DNA from: Hydrolagus colliei
Lineage: Eukaryota
Length of the DNA stretch: 64,000 nucleotides
Direction of reading: 5' to 3'
NCBI GenBank assembly: GCA_035084275.1
Contig: CM068769.1
Location: 1,240,001 to 1,304,000, forward strand
Shown here: positions 27,664 to 39,961 of the stretch, piece by piece
How the letters are laid out: every line of letters starts with the position of its first letter
How positions within the stretch are numbered: position 1 is the first letter of the stretch
Notes under the pieces: model-generated
Told to the model about the DNA's origin: nothing
Seen by the model: only the letters and a program-made list of their open reading frames with translations
Databases searched by the model: none
Translations under genes and position numbers: made by a program

Positions 27664-28456
27664 CTGTGATTGATGTCGACAAGCTTGTTGAGAAGCAAGT
27701 TTGTATTACATAGGTATCCTGCTGCTCGATGGTTAGAACACTAGCCACATAAGAGAGTAGAGCTAGATTCGAATCCTGGGCAGTGCAATACCTCAGCTAA
27801 ATTTATTTACTCCTCATGTCTCTGTGATCCTATTAGTAACTAGAAATCCAGGTGTTAGTGGATTGCTACACTGGAGCTAATCTTTCATAAATTTAAATCA
27901 ATAGAACTGATATTATGAATACTAATAACATTAATATTAATAATATTAATTTCGTCACTGAATCCGTGAAGGGTTTTTGGGGCACTATTGAGCGAAATTG
28001 CCTGTCACGTTGCACCCCGAGAATTCATTGTCAATTCGTTTTAAAGTACATTGTGGGGCGCTTTGAGACGTCTCAAGTTTGTGATGAAGCATTTTATGAA
28101 TCCCAATTATCATAGATATTATTAGTATTTTGTTCTACTAAAGATACTAAGGCAACTTTTGATCTAATAAAGCAGATATTGATGCAACATAGTGAAGGTA
28201 TAAGAAGGCTACGTACGAGAAATCATGCTCAGAGTTACTGACAGCACAGCGCACTTCCCCCACAGGAGCATCTTAATCCTATGTCTGACACTAACTCACA
28301 CAGTCCCTCCCACACGGTGCCCCGCCCACATATAGCCTTGCCCACAAGTGGCCCGGGCCACAGAGAGCCCCACACACAAGGGGCCCCGCCCATTCAATCA
28401 CTGTCATTCGCAAACAATGCTCCTCCCACAGAAGTGAGTTGGACACCACCTCAACC

Positions 28457-28503
28457 CTCCTCCTCCTCCTCCTCCTCCGCCTCCTCCTCCTCCTCCTCCT
28501 TCC
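28457..28503. repeat. (TCC)n microsatellite
   Basis: Visible triplet run; shorter paralog near 48096-48125. Confidence 0.9.
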
Positions 28504-28970
28504 AGGTCATATTCTGTTTTGGTGTGAAGCGTATTGTTAATCTGCGTCTCACACAGGGACACTCGTGGTCACTCGATCAAGGAAACCTGCATTAGGGCTA
28601 TTGTTGTAGTTTATCAGGAATATAGAAGAGGTAAAGGTAATTCCTTACAAAACTGTTGTTTACCGCTAAATGCGGCAGCCAATTCCGCACATCGGCGTCC
28701 CACATGTGGCTTGGATCGGAGAGGAACAACTTCTTCAAAGGAAACCTTATCCCCAGGATAGCGGTTCGATCAGTCGATCAAAAACCGGGCTCCTCCATAT
28801 TTGAATGCAAATGGATGTGTGTGGAGTAACGAAGGCGGTTTGCTGAGTGTTTCACCCAGCGGCGATTCCAGCTCAGGTTCTCTTGTTTCCAAAGCAGGTG
28901 CTGTAACCATTGAGCTGCAATAACCCCAGCATGTTTTTCTACAAACCCTTTGTAAACACTTATCACTGTG

Positions 28971-29392
28971 CCCTCCGCACAGAAGTATTTGGCAGAATCA
29001 GACACTGTCACGTCTCGGATCGATAACGTGCTATTTTCCCCACAGTCAAAGCATTTATCCTCTCTTTCGGCTTCATCTCTCTTGATACCAACACTAGTAA
29101 TTGGATGGAGCCGTTACCATACTGTTTGTACCATTGAAAGTTTCGGCTGTTCGCACTGGTGCTGCACTCTATAGATGCATTTCCATTTTCAGTCTCTGTA
29201 ATGGATAGTGGTCTCTGTGTCACTTCTTTGTCAGCCAACACACCTGGGGGAACAGGCGTGGACCTTCTAGCAACCAAACGTTGAAAACTTCTGCAACAAA
29301 AAAATAATTAAAAGGAAAACAAGAATGTGTTTGTCCAAACTCCGAGTCTACTTACAGAAGATCAGAATCATTAAATTAATAGTAATATGCAT
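28971..29392 (-). pseudogene. TRAV: V6: TCR alpha/delta V, family A, single frameshift
   Basis: Leader 29392-29356 (MHITINLMILIF); V exon 29243-28971; 1-nt loss at GGGGAAAA (29034-29041) relative to V15; RSS CACAGTG-23-AGAAAAACA (28970-28932). Confidence 0.88.
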
Positions 29393-29542
29393 TGCGGTTT
29401 AACATGGATTCATTCTTATTCCTCGATGAGTCAAGTCAAAATCTGTCAGGGAACTGCAACGGGAAATCATCCAAAGCCTGACAAGCGTTTATGAATGTTT
29501 GTCGAATGCTTTTAGCTTTGCAGATTATAACTATATTCTGGG

Positions 29543-29572
29543 TGACGGCTTCACAGACATCTAACTTCCGGT
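29543..29572 (-). promoter_or_regulatory. V6 promoter module: CRE half-site plus ETS site
   Basis: TGACG at 29543-29547 and ACCGGAAGT at 29572-29564, 150-180 nt upstream of the ATG; repeated upstream of V15 and V17, and in variant form at V8. Confidence 0.5.
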
Positions 29573-30041
29573 ATGTTGGCTTGTGCTATATTCATTCGTT
29601 AATCGACTATCATTAGGGTTCACACTTACAGCTCGTAAAACAGAGGCATGTTTGTGGATGACTCAAACACACCCAATGGTCGTTCCTGCTCCAAAGGTGA
29701 CACACGTCTTCTTAAGAGGCAAGCGTTCCAACCATTAAAGTAAAGGACATCTCCTCGATTGATTCCAAGCAAGCAGGGCAGTAGACTGGAGGGCAATAGA
29801 CAGCTGTACAACTGCAGTGGAGGAGTTGTGTAGAATCGAAAATTTGGGCTGATCTCCTCTGCATAAATTCTGCCGATGAGCAAGGTCGGGCTGTGTTGTT
29901 ATCAGCAGTGGGAACCACTGGGAAGAATTATGAGAATGTTTTACCAACCTACAGATCAACTCTGCTCATACATGTTCTTCTCTGCTAAATGATGACAAGG
30001 GATTTTATTCTGAACATTGTGAGAAGTTACACATTGTTTCG

Positions 30042-30055
30042 TCGCCGTCTGGCGG
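30042..30055 (-). promoter_or_regulatory. CTCF-like motif
   Basis: CCGCCAGACGGCGA on the minus strand. Confidence 0.5.
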
Positions 30056-30409
30056 TAGTAAAGTGGTACTGCAAATTATTATCGTTAATTTGAACACAAA
30101 AAGGATGCCATTCGGCCCATTCAGTGGGTGCCGGCATTCTGCAAAGAGCAATTCAATCCCACTCACCTGTTCTATCCCAATAACCGCGCAATCCCGTACT
30201 CCAATAAATGTATACCTGATAGATCTTGATCAGAAATCAGATGTGAGAATGTCGCAGGTGGTTTGGGAGTGTGGGACGCGGGTTGGTTAGGAGTTATGAA
30301 GGATTCTGACAATGTGCTACCAAGCTGCAGTTCAGATCTTGTCAAACGTTCTCTTCTCAGCTCAAGGAGAACAAGGGATTTCACTTGTGGGCAGTTGCAC
30401 AGCGCATTG

Positions 30410-30423
30410 CCACCATCTGCCGG
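30410..30423 (-). promoter_or_regulatory. CTCF-like motif
   Basis: CCGGCAGATGGTGG on the minus strand. Confidence 0.45.
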
Positions 30424-31058
30424 TAGTAATGCAGTACTGCAGAATTGTGATCGTTAACTGAACAAACAATAACTGCACAAAAGCATCAGGGGAGATCAAC
30501 TAAAAGGGAATTCCGTTCTCGGCTTTAAGTCTCACTAAAATTTTACAGTATTGAAATGACCTGAGTCGCAAAGCTATGATAATTATCAATGCATTTCATA
30601 TAACTGCTTCCACGTTCTCCAGATATCTTGTGGGAAGCTCACGTAATTTACTATAAAGTGAAATAACCGTATATTTGTGGTGAAATCTGTCAGAGAATTT
30701 AACACAGCAGATTATTACAAAGGTTTTGGATGGAAGTGACCAATTCATCAATTTTGTTTCAAAAATACAAATAATGTCCTTGGATTAAATTGGGAACTGA
30801 TTACTCGGATAAGCACGTGATAACTAATGAAGAGTAATTAGAACTTTACAATAGTACACTGAGGAGAAACTCACAACGTGATCCTACGTAATCGGTGATG
30901 ACGAAACCCATACTGTTTGAGTTTTGTTCTTGAAAAATGAACAATATCTGAATTGAATACACTTGGAGCTGTAATACCGCATTCAGCCACTGGTTAGTTA
31001 TTGTTTTGTGAACACAAGGAGTGAATACAGTGAAACAACTCCAACGAAATACGCAGAC

Positions 31059-31913
31059 GTAAAGTCTGCGTATTTCGGCTTCTTCCAGGTTAATGCGCTG
31101 AGGTTATACTCTGGTGGGTTGTTGGGGGTATTGTAGACACCAAAACAAATGTGTATTGTCGCTGATTGTAGCTGTATAATTACACTGCTGATACAAACTC
31201 TTCCCTTTCATTCATTGTCACAGTCGCTAGGAGCTGTGTCACCGAGTATTCTCCACAATGTCCTGGGAAACACAAACACATCAGCATCGATTGCAATATT
31301 GACATAAACATAGTTGTGTTTGATATAGCATCGTATAGAGTGATCGTGGCATCTCCATGCGTTTCACAGACTATATATTGACTCACGTTTGTGGGTGAAA
31401 GCTGCAGGCATTTGTGTGCATCATTCCAGCACAAACGGTCATGGAATTATAATACTAATCCTTGCATTTTATATTGCGATCTTCACGTCTTGGAGACGGC
31501 TCAAAGTGTTTCCAGGTATGCACTTTGAATTGAATTGACTATCATTTCATCAGTAGCAGAATTTTCAAGAGATCACTAGCGTAGGAATGTGATCTGCCAA
31601 TCGATTAAATAGTCGGGTACCTACTCACTGTTCGGTAAGCAGATATATAGGTGGGTATGTCGAAAAAGTACACTTGCAGATTCGCCCTGCCCCACCGGGA
31701 ATCGAACTCAGATCCTCCAGCATGCGAGGCGAGTGTTCTAACCACTAGCCACAGGACACCACGTATCCACAAGTGGTATAGTGTATTGGTTATTCCATGC
31801 AATAAAACGTTGGCTTTGGAGAACATGTAAAGAAATTGCATCCATATGGATTTTTTTTTTGACTTACCAGAGAAGGTAATGATGGCGACTGCCACATATA
31901 TGTACATTGTCAT
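31059..31913 (-). pseudogene. TRAV: V7: 3'-truncated V pseudogene, family C
   Basis: Leader 31913-31868 intact; V exon from 31262 with frameshifts, ending after ...KPKYADF at a hairpin; no FR3 or RSS. Confidence 0.85.
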
Positions 31914-32559
31914 CTGGGTTAATGGCACACAGTGTTGACGGAGCGCTGATGGATTAGTTGGGGAACGTTGGCTGGGAAGCAGTAAGATACCGTGAGGAGG
32001 GCTGAAAAGGAAATAACATAAACAGGTTGCCATACACTGTGAGGGAGCAGGTTTGAGGTTTATGTACAACCTTTGTGTCACTGTCACTGACCGTCATCTT
32101 CTCTGCTCTGCCATCTCGCTCTTCCTTTGGTTCTCCTCCAATACTGACATGCCTTTGATCAAAAGTATCACAGTCACCTGCAGCAAGATAGACCGATAGA
32201 TACGTTACATGTCGTCCAAACACATACATGAGTTCCACACATCTGTACCGTCTGTGGACTCATGTAGTTTAATGGTATCAACACTCGCCTTACAAGCATT
32301 TTGCCTGCGTTTGATGCCTGCCGGGGCGACATGTTGGTCAAGATTACTTACTCCACACACCGTCCTCTGTTTACCGAGAGTAACTAGGAATACGGTTGTT
32401 AATCGATTGAAGTGTAACGTTTCAGAGAAACAATCTCTCCTAACATAGGAAAGTCGATATATGTCTGTTTATAGGACAATGCTGTGCATAAGTAAACGCC
32501 TCGTTTTTCCTGCAAAACGAAAAGTAAATACATTTTATATTGTACACTGTGAAGTGATT

Positions 32560-32710
32560 TATATATATATAGTGTTATATATAGAAAGTGATTTATATAT
32601 GTATAGATGTGTATTTATACACATCTATACATATATAACTACATATATATATATACATCTATATATATATATCTAACTATATATATATATAATCTGCATA
32701 TATATTACAA
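32560..32710. repeat. (TA)n-rich low-complexity repeat
   Basis: Visible TA-rich runs. Confidence 0.85.
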
Positions 32711-33159
32711 AATAGGTAGGAGGAGGTGCTCAGAGGAAGTCCCACAGTGTGTGTGTATATAGGGTTAGATAATTCCTTTATGTGTGTTGGTCCCGGTTCC
32801 AAATCAAATGCACTCAAGTGTCTAACACCACACTACATTCTTGAATTCCTATCCCTGCTATCTCTTTACCAACATTTCCGCCCTCTTAGTTCGGCTGGCT
32901 CTGACCTGCTCAACGTCCTCCTACCCACACGCCAATCCAATGGCGGGCGTGCCTTCAACCACTCTGCCCCCAACCTCTGGAAATCCATCCCGAATTCATT
33001 CCGCCACAGTTTGTACTGAGAAGTGAATTGACTGTATGCGCTACTGTATAAATGTGGCAACCCACTTACTCTATGTGGCAACCCTCGTGCTCCACCCATT
33101 GAGCTGCGGTAAACTCAGCGTGTTTTTGTACAGGTCCTTCGTGAACACACAACGCTGTG

Positions 33160-33601
33160 CTCAATGCACAGAAGTAAGTGGCGGATTCAGACATTCGCAC
33201 GTCTCGGATCGATAATGTGCTGTTTTTTCCAACAGTCAAAGAATTTATCCTTAGCTTCTCCTTCATCTCTCTCGATCCCAACACCAAGTAAATGATGGAG
33301 CCGTTTCCATGCTGTTTATACCAGTGAAAGCATTGGACAGTCGCAGTGGTGCTGCACTCCATAGATATATTTCCATTTTCATACTCTGTCAGAGCATGAG
33401 GTCTCTGTGACAATTCGCTTTCAGCCGAGTCACCTGGGGGAATAGACAGTAAATGAACAGTAAATCATAAAATATCTGCAATAGATGTTAAGCATGTATC
33501 AGAAAAACCAGGATGTGTGTGTCCAATCTGATACTCTACTTACACAAGATTGTTGTAATTAAATGAAAAATAAAATACGGTGCATTGAAATCCTGCTTCA
33601 T
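33160..33601 (-). CDS. TRAV: V8: TCR alpha/delta V segment, family A, apparently intact
   Basis: Leader 33601-33544 (MKQDFNAPYFIFHLITTIL); V exon 33433-33160 open (MEC...FHWYKQ...TYFCAL); RSS CACAGCG-23-ACAAAAACA (33159-33121). Confidence 0.9.
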
Positions 33602-33929
33602 TTTCAAGTCTCTTAATTCACGTCAAGATGACCGATAGAAATGCAGCTGGAAATCAGCCTAAAACTGATCAATGTTTACAAATGTTTGTGGAACGCAGTT
33701 AACTATGTACGTTATAAGTGTATTCCCGGTGACACCTACACGCACTTCTCACTTCCTGCATGTTTGCTTCTGTAGAATTCATTCGCCAATTAGCCAGCTA
33801 AAGTATTGTACTTGTTGCTTGTTGGTGGAGGTTTGCTTGTGTGTGGGCTAATCATACATGCCTTATGAATCTTCCACCCTGATTGATTCCCAGGCAAAGC
33901 AATACGTTGGGCAAACATCGTTATTCCAC

Positions 33930-33965
33930 ACACACAGACACACAACACACACACACACACACACT
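33930..33965. repeat. (CA)n microsatellite
   Basis: Visible CA run. Confidence 0.85.
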
Positions 33966-34744
33966 TAAATTAATTAAATTAAATGTTGTCAGTTTTACTT
34001 TGTTCCCAATCTATACTAAAACAAACAACCTTGCGTTAGTTAACAAAATCTAATACAAATGTTAACACAGTGAACTCCACTGGAGGGTGAATGCTTATTT
34101 TCAGAAAGACAACAGCATGAACAGATTACATTTCGAGCATTTCGAAACTAAGCCTTGCGATTGTCATGTTTACGGTTTAGACAAACTTTTGAACATTTCA
34201 GCAGAAGCAGCAATAATACATAGGACGTAACCAATGTGGACTGTTACAGTAAGCACATGTTATATCTGTCAAGGTAGATTGACACAGAATGGAACATAGC
34301 AAGCTATGTCAATTGCAGATTATGTTATATGTGTGTTTTGTCTGCTACCTTCTGTTGGACTGTAGGTACTGCACGTGCATAATTTGACAAGACGGGTTTC
34401 TTGGAGGCCCCTCCTTAACGTTCCTGCTCCCATTGCCTCCAATGGAAATTGATACTTTTGTCCCATTTACTTGCTTTTTCCTCGTATTGTCTGTGCTTTA
34501 GTGGGTTACTCGAATTCATTCTCAGTCACAGACATATCCCTGATCATTGTTTCTCCACTTTAAATCTATTTCTAGCTCTGATGCTGTAAACGTTGATTAT
34601 CTTTTGCTTACCCTTGAGCTGCCATTCAACGTTTACATGACAGCAGCACAATAGTTACATGTGTGTGGCACCATTCATTTGGGTATGATGTCACAATGCA
34701 CTGTATTTACCAATACATCAACGATAGAATCACATTTGGGACGT

Positions 34745-35230
34745 CCTCCAGACGTGACAGGCGCTATGTAAGAACAATTTGTTTGCTGTTGTTCACGTCG
34801 GATGGACTTGTGAAGCCGCTGACCAGTCTGTTCGGGAATTGAGCAATGGTAGTGGGAAAGGGCGTGAGGGAGGTAAGAATGGAGGGCGGATGTTGGGAAC
34901 GAAGGGGAAGAGTCGGGTGACAGAAGGCATGGTCGAAGTGGAAGGACTTGTGATTGGCCTTCAAGGCGGCTAGGGAGATACCCATGCCTAGGGACTCTGG
35001 GATGGAGTTCCAGATTGCAGCGAATGAAAGTCAGTCCACAGGTGATAGCGCGGGTCAGGCGGAGGGCATGGAGCAGATCGGAGCCCGCTGAACGGAGGGG
35101 TCGTCGAGGTTCATATGAAGACAGCAGGTCGGAGATTAGGGGGGTAGAGGTGGCGAGGGGGTTAATCGCGGGAGTGGCAAGGCCGTGAATGGCCTTGAAG
35201 TTGTGGACGAATATTTTGAATTCGAAAACT
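34745..35230 (-). mobile_element. L2-clade LINE 3' fragment
   Basis: Minus strand carries FKILVHNFKAIHGLATP...WNSIP...FDHAF and the L2-type tail. Confidence 0.75.
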
Positions 35231-35798
35231 GGAAGAGAAATGACAAATAACCAGCGTTTTTATTTTTGTTGCATCAATAATAAACGTTGTCCTCAATTCG
35301 TATTGCCTCATCGACCAACACAATCATGTCTTCAGTATCTGCTCTTTTTCGAACCATTGATTGAACCTGTTGTGCCTGCACATCCAGACATGGTGTCACC
35401 TCTAATCTAAAGATGTCAAGTAGGGCATTGTGAATGCTGTGTATTAACTGACATGTCCATCGAACAGCCCAGGAAAGCAAGACCTTTGAAATTATGTCAG
35501 TGAAAATAAAACGATTATGTTTATCATTTACATTAATGCTTGCATTTGACACAGTACTATATCATATATTTAAAGTAATTATTACCAATGGAAAAGGAAT
35601 GTACCAATCACCTAACAAACGGGTTTGAACTTACTACTGGGTAAGCAGGGTGTAGTTTAAGAAAATTTCACCAAAGATTCGTTATGCAGGGAATTGTACC
35701 CTGGTTCCTCGCTAGCGATATGAGTGCTCTAAACACTGAACTATAGGAATACACTTGGCAGTTTTGGTAGGGCGGAAGCGCTGATCTGAGTCTCTGTG

Positions 35799-36638
35799 GG
35801 TCTCAGTGCACAGTAATACATCGCCGAGTCTGTTACTCTCACTTGGGTTATATTTAACGGGACAGTTCTTCCCACTTTATCCACTATGGTTGAGAATCGT
35901 TTGTTGGTAAAGTCGGCAAATTGTGGTCTGTTGCTAGTGGACGTCCAAATGATATGTTCTGGAGATGTGTTGGTATAATGGCGGTACCAAAACAGATTGG
36001 GAGTGTTACATGTGGTTGTATAATTACACCTCAGATACACATCTTCCCCTTCCTTCACTGTCACAGTAGATTGGAGCTGTGTCACAGAGTCTCCTCCACA
36101 ATGTCCTGGAAACACGTATCAGCGTTCAGTAGAATAACACCAATAACAAGATTAATGCAGGCATGTGGCAAAGCTGCATCTTGTTTCGTCTTGATGAATA
36201 AACGTCTACTGTACTGAATGTATGGTAACGCGTAGTGTCTGTTTACTTTGCAATAAAAATATATTGGAAAATTTTACACAAGAGTATTCCACAAACAGTA
36301 GTGAATTGAGTAACTGTATTATCATTAGCAGTATCACATACTGGGAGATAATTACCCCCTATTAAAGCAATCGGCCAATGGACCATGTTAAAAATTACTT
36401 CTCAGTATTCACAGCAATGAGTGACGAGTGACTAAACTTGCCTAATTTTTCGCCCTCTCCCGCCTGTGAATCGATCCCAGATACTGTCGATTGTGACAAT
36501 TCTATAAGGCTTGTTGTGTATTCAATATGTTAAGCAATAAACACCGTGCTGGATAATAAGTGCAGTTGGCTGACATATAGAATGAGTGTATGGCTTACCT
36601 CACAAGGCAATGATGGCTGCTGCCACATATATATACAT
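35799..36638 (-). pseudogene. TRAV: V9: TCR alpha/delta V, family C; intact V exon, stop in leader
   Basis: V exon 36105-35799 open; RSS CACAGAG-23-ACCAAAACT (35798-35760); leader 36638-36599 reads MYIYVAAAIIAL* (TGA 36602-36600). Confidence 0.85.
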
Positions 36639-37838
36639 TGCCGTGTATATGTAAAGGGCGCTGATAGTTTAGTTGAGAATGTAGGCCGTGAAGCGTAAGA
36701 TACCGTGAGGAGAGCTGAACACTAAATGACAGAGAGGGAGCAGGTCTGAGGTTCATGTACAAATCTTGTGTCTCTGTCAATGTGCGTCACACTCTCTGCT
36801 CTGCCATCTCGTTCCTCCATTAGTTCTCTGCCATCACTGATATGTCTTTCATCTACCGGGTGTCTGGCACGCAGAATATGGTTATTATTCAATCAGTGAG
36901 TTCGAGAGGTTTTAACTCCGTGATTTAACTCGGTATTCAGAGCACTCGCCTTTCAAGTGTGTGTTCGAATCCAGGCTGATCAGGGCGAAAGCTCGGACAA
37001 GTTTCCTTGCACCACATACACGCCTAAAGATAATGTGTGCAAATAAAAATAACACAATAAAAAAATTGGTTGGTTCAATCCACGATTGTTCGTGGGTCTG
37101 GCAGCCGCGTTTCGCCCACAAATATACAGTCAGTTCGCTTTACAGTGTACTCTGTGAAACGCTTTAAGACCTCGATAAGATGTGAAAAGCGCTGTACCAA
37201 TTGCAAGAATTATTATTAATATTATTAGTAATTTATGTTTGATTTCCAGTGGCATAATTCTCTTGTTAAATAATTAACTAAAAACACGTCTGTCTGTGGG
37301 ACAATGCTGCTTTGTACGATTAGTTTACAATCGAGTGATAATCTTTCTTGAATGGATTATCATCCTGGAAAAGGCGACATGCTAATTGACAATTAAATGG
37401 GGCCCTACTCACACGTCGGAAAACAGACAATAATGCTAATAATCTATGCGTTTGATATAGTGATTTACCACGTCCTTGAGACGTCGAGGAGCGCTTCCCT
37501 TGTTGTACTGTGCTTTGAGTGTACTGTCTGTGTTATGGGATAAATGCGGTACGTAAATGCGCACATCAGTTTCTCACAAAAATTCGTGGATTGAAGTGAT
37601 CATGTTAATTAGGAATTATGACACGAGAAAAAGTCATCCACTAATAGATTAATAACCGGATTCCTATTTACTCCTATTTACTTGAAGCGTGTGGTGTTAG
37701 AAAAAAATGGCCGAGTTTTTGGCCTTCTGGGATACGAACCAGCAGTCTTATCGTTTGTGAAACGAGTGCATTAATCATTGAGCTACATCAACCTCAGCAT
37801 ATTTTTGTACAGGCTCCTCTTAGACACGCAGCACTGTG

Positions 37839-38268
37839 CTCTCTGCTGCACAGAAGTAAGCGGCGGTGTCTTCACTCGCACGTGATTGTCAGTGTGCTGT
37901 TCTTCTCTTTTGAATCCGCCAAAGCACTTATCCTCTCCTCCGCCTTTACCTCCCTTTTTCCCATCACCAATAACCCTATGGAGCCGTTTCCATACTGTTT
38001 ATATCAATGAAAAGTTGGGCTGTATACAGTGGTGTTGCACTCTATATATACATATCCATTTTCATTCCCTGTCAGTGCCTGAGGTCTCTGTGACACTTCG
38101 CCTTCAGCCAAGACACCTTGGGAACAGACATGAACATTCTTGGAAAGAAATTCGGAAAATATCTCCAACAAAACTTAAAATTATTTAAATGGAGACAAGG
38201 ATGAATTTGTGCAAGCTCACACTCTACTTACTGAAGAGCGACAGCATGAAATTAAAAATACGACACGT
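37839..38268 (-). pseudogene. TRAV: V10: TCR alpha/delta V pseudogene, family A
   Basis: V exon 38116-37839 with conserved Trp>TGA (38006-38004) and an FR3 frameshifting deletion; leader has ACG at the ATG position; RSS CACAGTG-23-ACAAAAATA (37838-37800). Confidence 0.9.
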
Positions 38269-39663
38269 TGCTCGGTAACTTGGTTTCTATCTCAATCCTC
38301 GTCGATTAATGTCAGAAACTCCAGGTGACATGCAAGGAGACACCAGCTAACTGCTGATAAACGATCATAAATGTTTGTCGAGTGCCGCTAACTGTGTAGG
38401 TTATAACGATATTCTCGGTGACGCCTCCACTGACGTCTCATTGCCTGTATGTTTACTGGTGTGACATTCATTCCCGAATCGGCGAACAACTGAGTTCGTT
38501 TAGCCCACAAGATAGGACGTTACTGCCATTTTCAGTATATTCGTTCAATCACTTTGAATCACGTGAACGAAATAATCTGGCTACATCGAATTCAAGCAAA
38601 TATATCTGTTACTGTTATTCATCTAATTATAAGTTTCTAAGGGAGTGCGCTATCGGACGAAATCTTTCTTTAATTAGTTATCTAGATTTACAAATAACTT
38701 GCATACATCCTTATCAAAGTGAATTCATGGAAGATTCTCACAGGTCCTCGCAGGCTTTTCACTCGATTGCAGATATTGTGTGTTTGGCAACCTCTGCTGT
38801 TAGTTTATGTAACACAGTGTTCCCTCAATCTTATGTGAAGCGTACAAACATTTGTGCTGATGGAATGTCTGCCCAGTCACCAGCAGAAACACTTTTATAG
38901 CTCAAGCAGGGACATGGAATCAATACCTAGCTTTGCTACATAGCGACTGGACCTCTGTGTGGTTGTTCAACTGAATGTCAACTACTCTGACACTTCTAGA
39001 CATCCCCCAAAGACTGCACGAGACTGTCAGCCCAGTACATCCTTCAGGAATCTAATATATCATACACAACATGTAAGTCGCTTTTAAGTGTATTACGTGG
39101 AAGCTAGAAGTTTGATTATTATCATATGGTACTGCAACAATAATTCATAAATTATCCTTCGATTTCATGAAGCGAAATGATTCGCATGTCTCGTAGGGCT
39201 TCGCAGAATCTACTGTAATTAGTCTTGACAGTGTGTGTCTTGCTGGAAGGAACACTGGCAGGCCAATGAGTAGAGCCGTGTCCCGCATACGTACGTGGAT
39301 AGAGCAATTGCAGTTATATTATTATATTTATCTAACGGATTATAAACCCAGGGAAAGCGATAAATCCATGGACTAACAAGAAGGTTCTGAGCAATTGCTA
39401 CATAACGGTGTGTGTTCTTTCAGAATATAGAAAACTGCCTAAGGATTCCCAATGCCCGGGAATCAAACCCAGGTACACTCGAGAGCAAGGAGAGTACTCC
39501 AATCTCTGCAATACAGGCCTCCACAGCCTCCGTACACCGCCCTCCCTGTTATAATAGTGTAGCCACCTCATTGTGTTAGCAGCACCAAGTTGAATGTGTG
39601 TGAGGAAGTCACGATTGTCTGCTGAGTTTTTGTACATTGTATCTGCCCTCCTGTCACAGTGTA

Positions 39664-39961
39664 GGCTCCAGGGCACAGTAATGCACGGTACCGTCACCCA
39701 CATCAGCTCTGAGTATTTGCAAGTTAAATAATTTATTCTCCTTATCCAGCTTGGCCTTGAAGCGGTCGGTAATATCAGGAGCTTTGTCTACCTTTCCCGA
39801 AGTATAAATCTTCAGCAAGTACTGAACCGCTCCTTCTGGATATTCCCTATACCAGAAGGCAGCATCAATTGTGGAATAATTGCAGTTTATTCTCACCACT
39901 TGTCCTTCAAACTCCCTTATCTGATGAGGATATTGGTATATGACATATTTCCCGTTAACTA
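39664..39961 (-). pseudogene. TRAV: V11: TCR alpha/delta V, family B; open ORF with defective heptamer
   Basis: V exon 39961-39664 open with both Cys and the Trp; RSS TACACTG-23-ACAAAAACT (39663-39625) lacks the CAC; no in-frame leader ATG found. Confidence 0.8.

Larger units (their letters stand above)
17950..31058. repeat. Segmental duplication block A, paralog of 38270-50696
   Basis: Colinear pairs V2/V11, V3/V12, V4/V13, V5/V14, V6/V15 with alignable intergenic DNA; offset about 19.2-19.6 kb. Confidence 0.9.

Noticed and set aside
27750-28900. NAR-TCR cassette (IgNAR-like V-D-J) upstream of leaderless V5
   Set aside because: No IgNAR-like V, no RSS-flanked D and no J with a G.GT motif plus donor; only SINE, minisatellite and TCC repeat are present.
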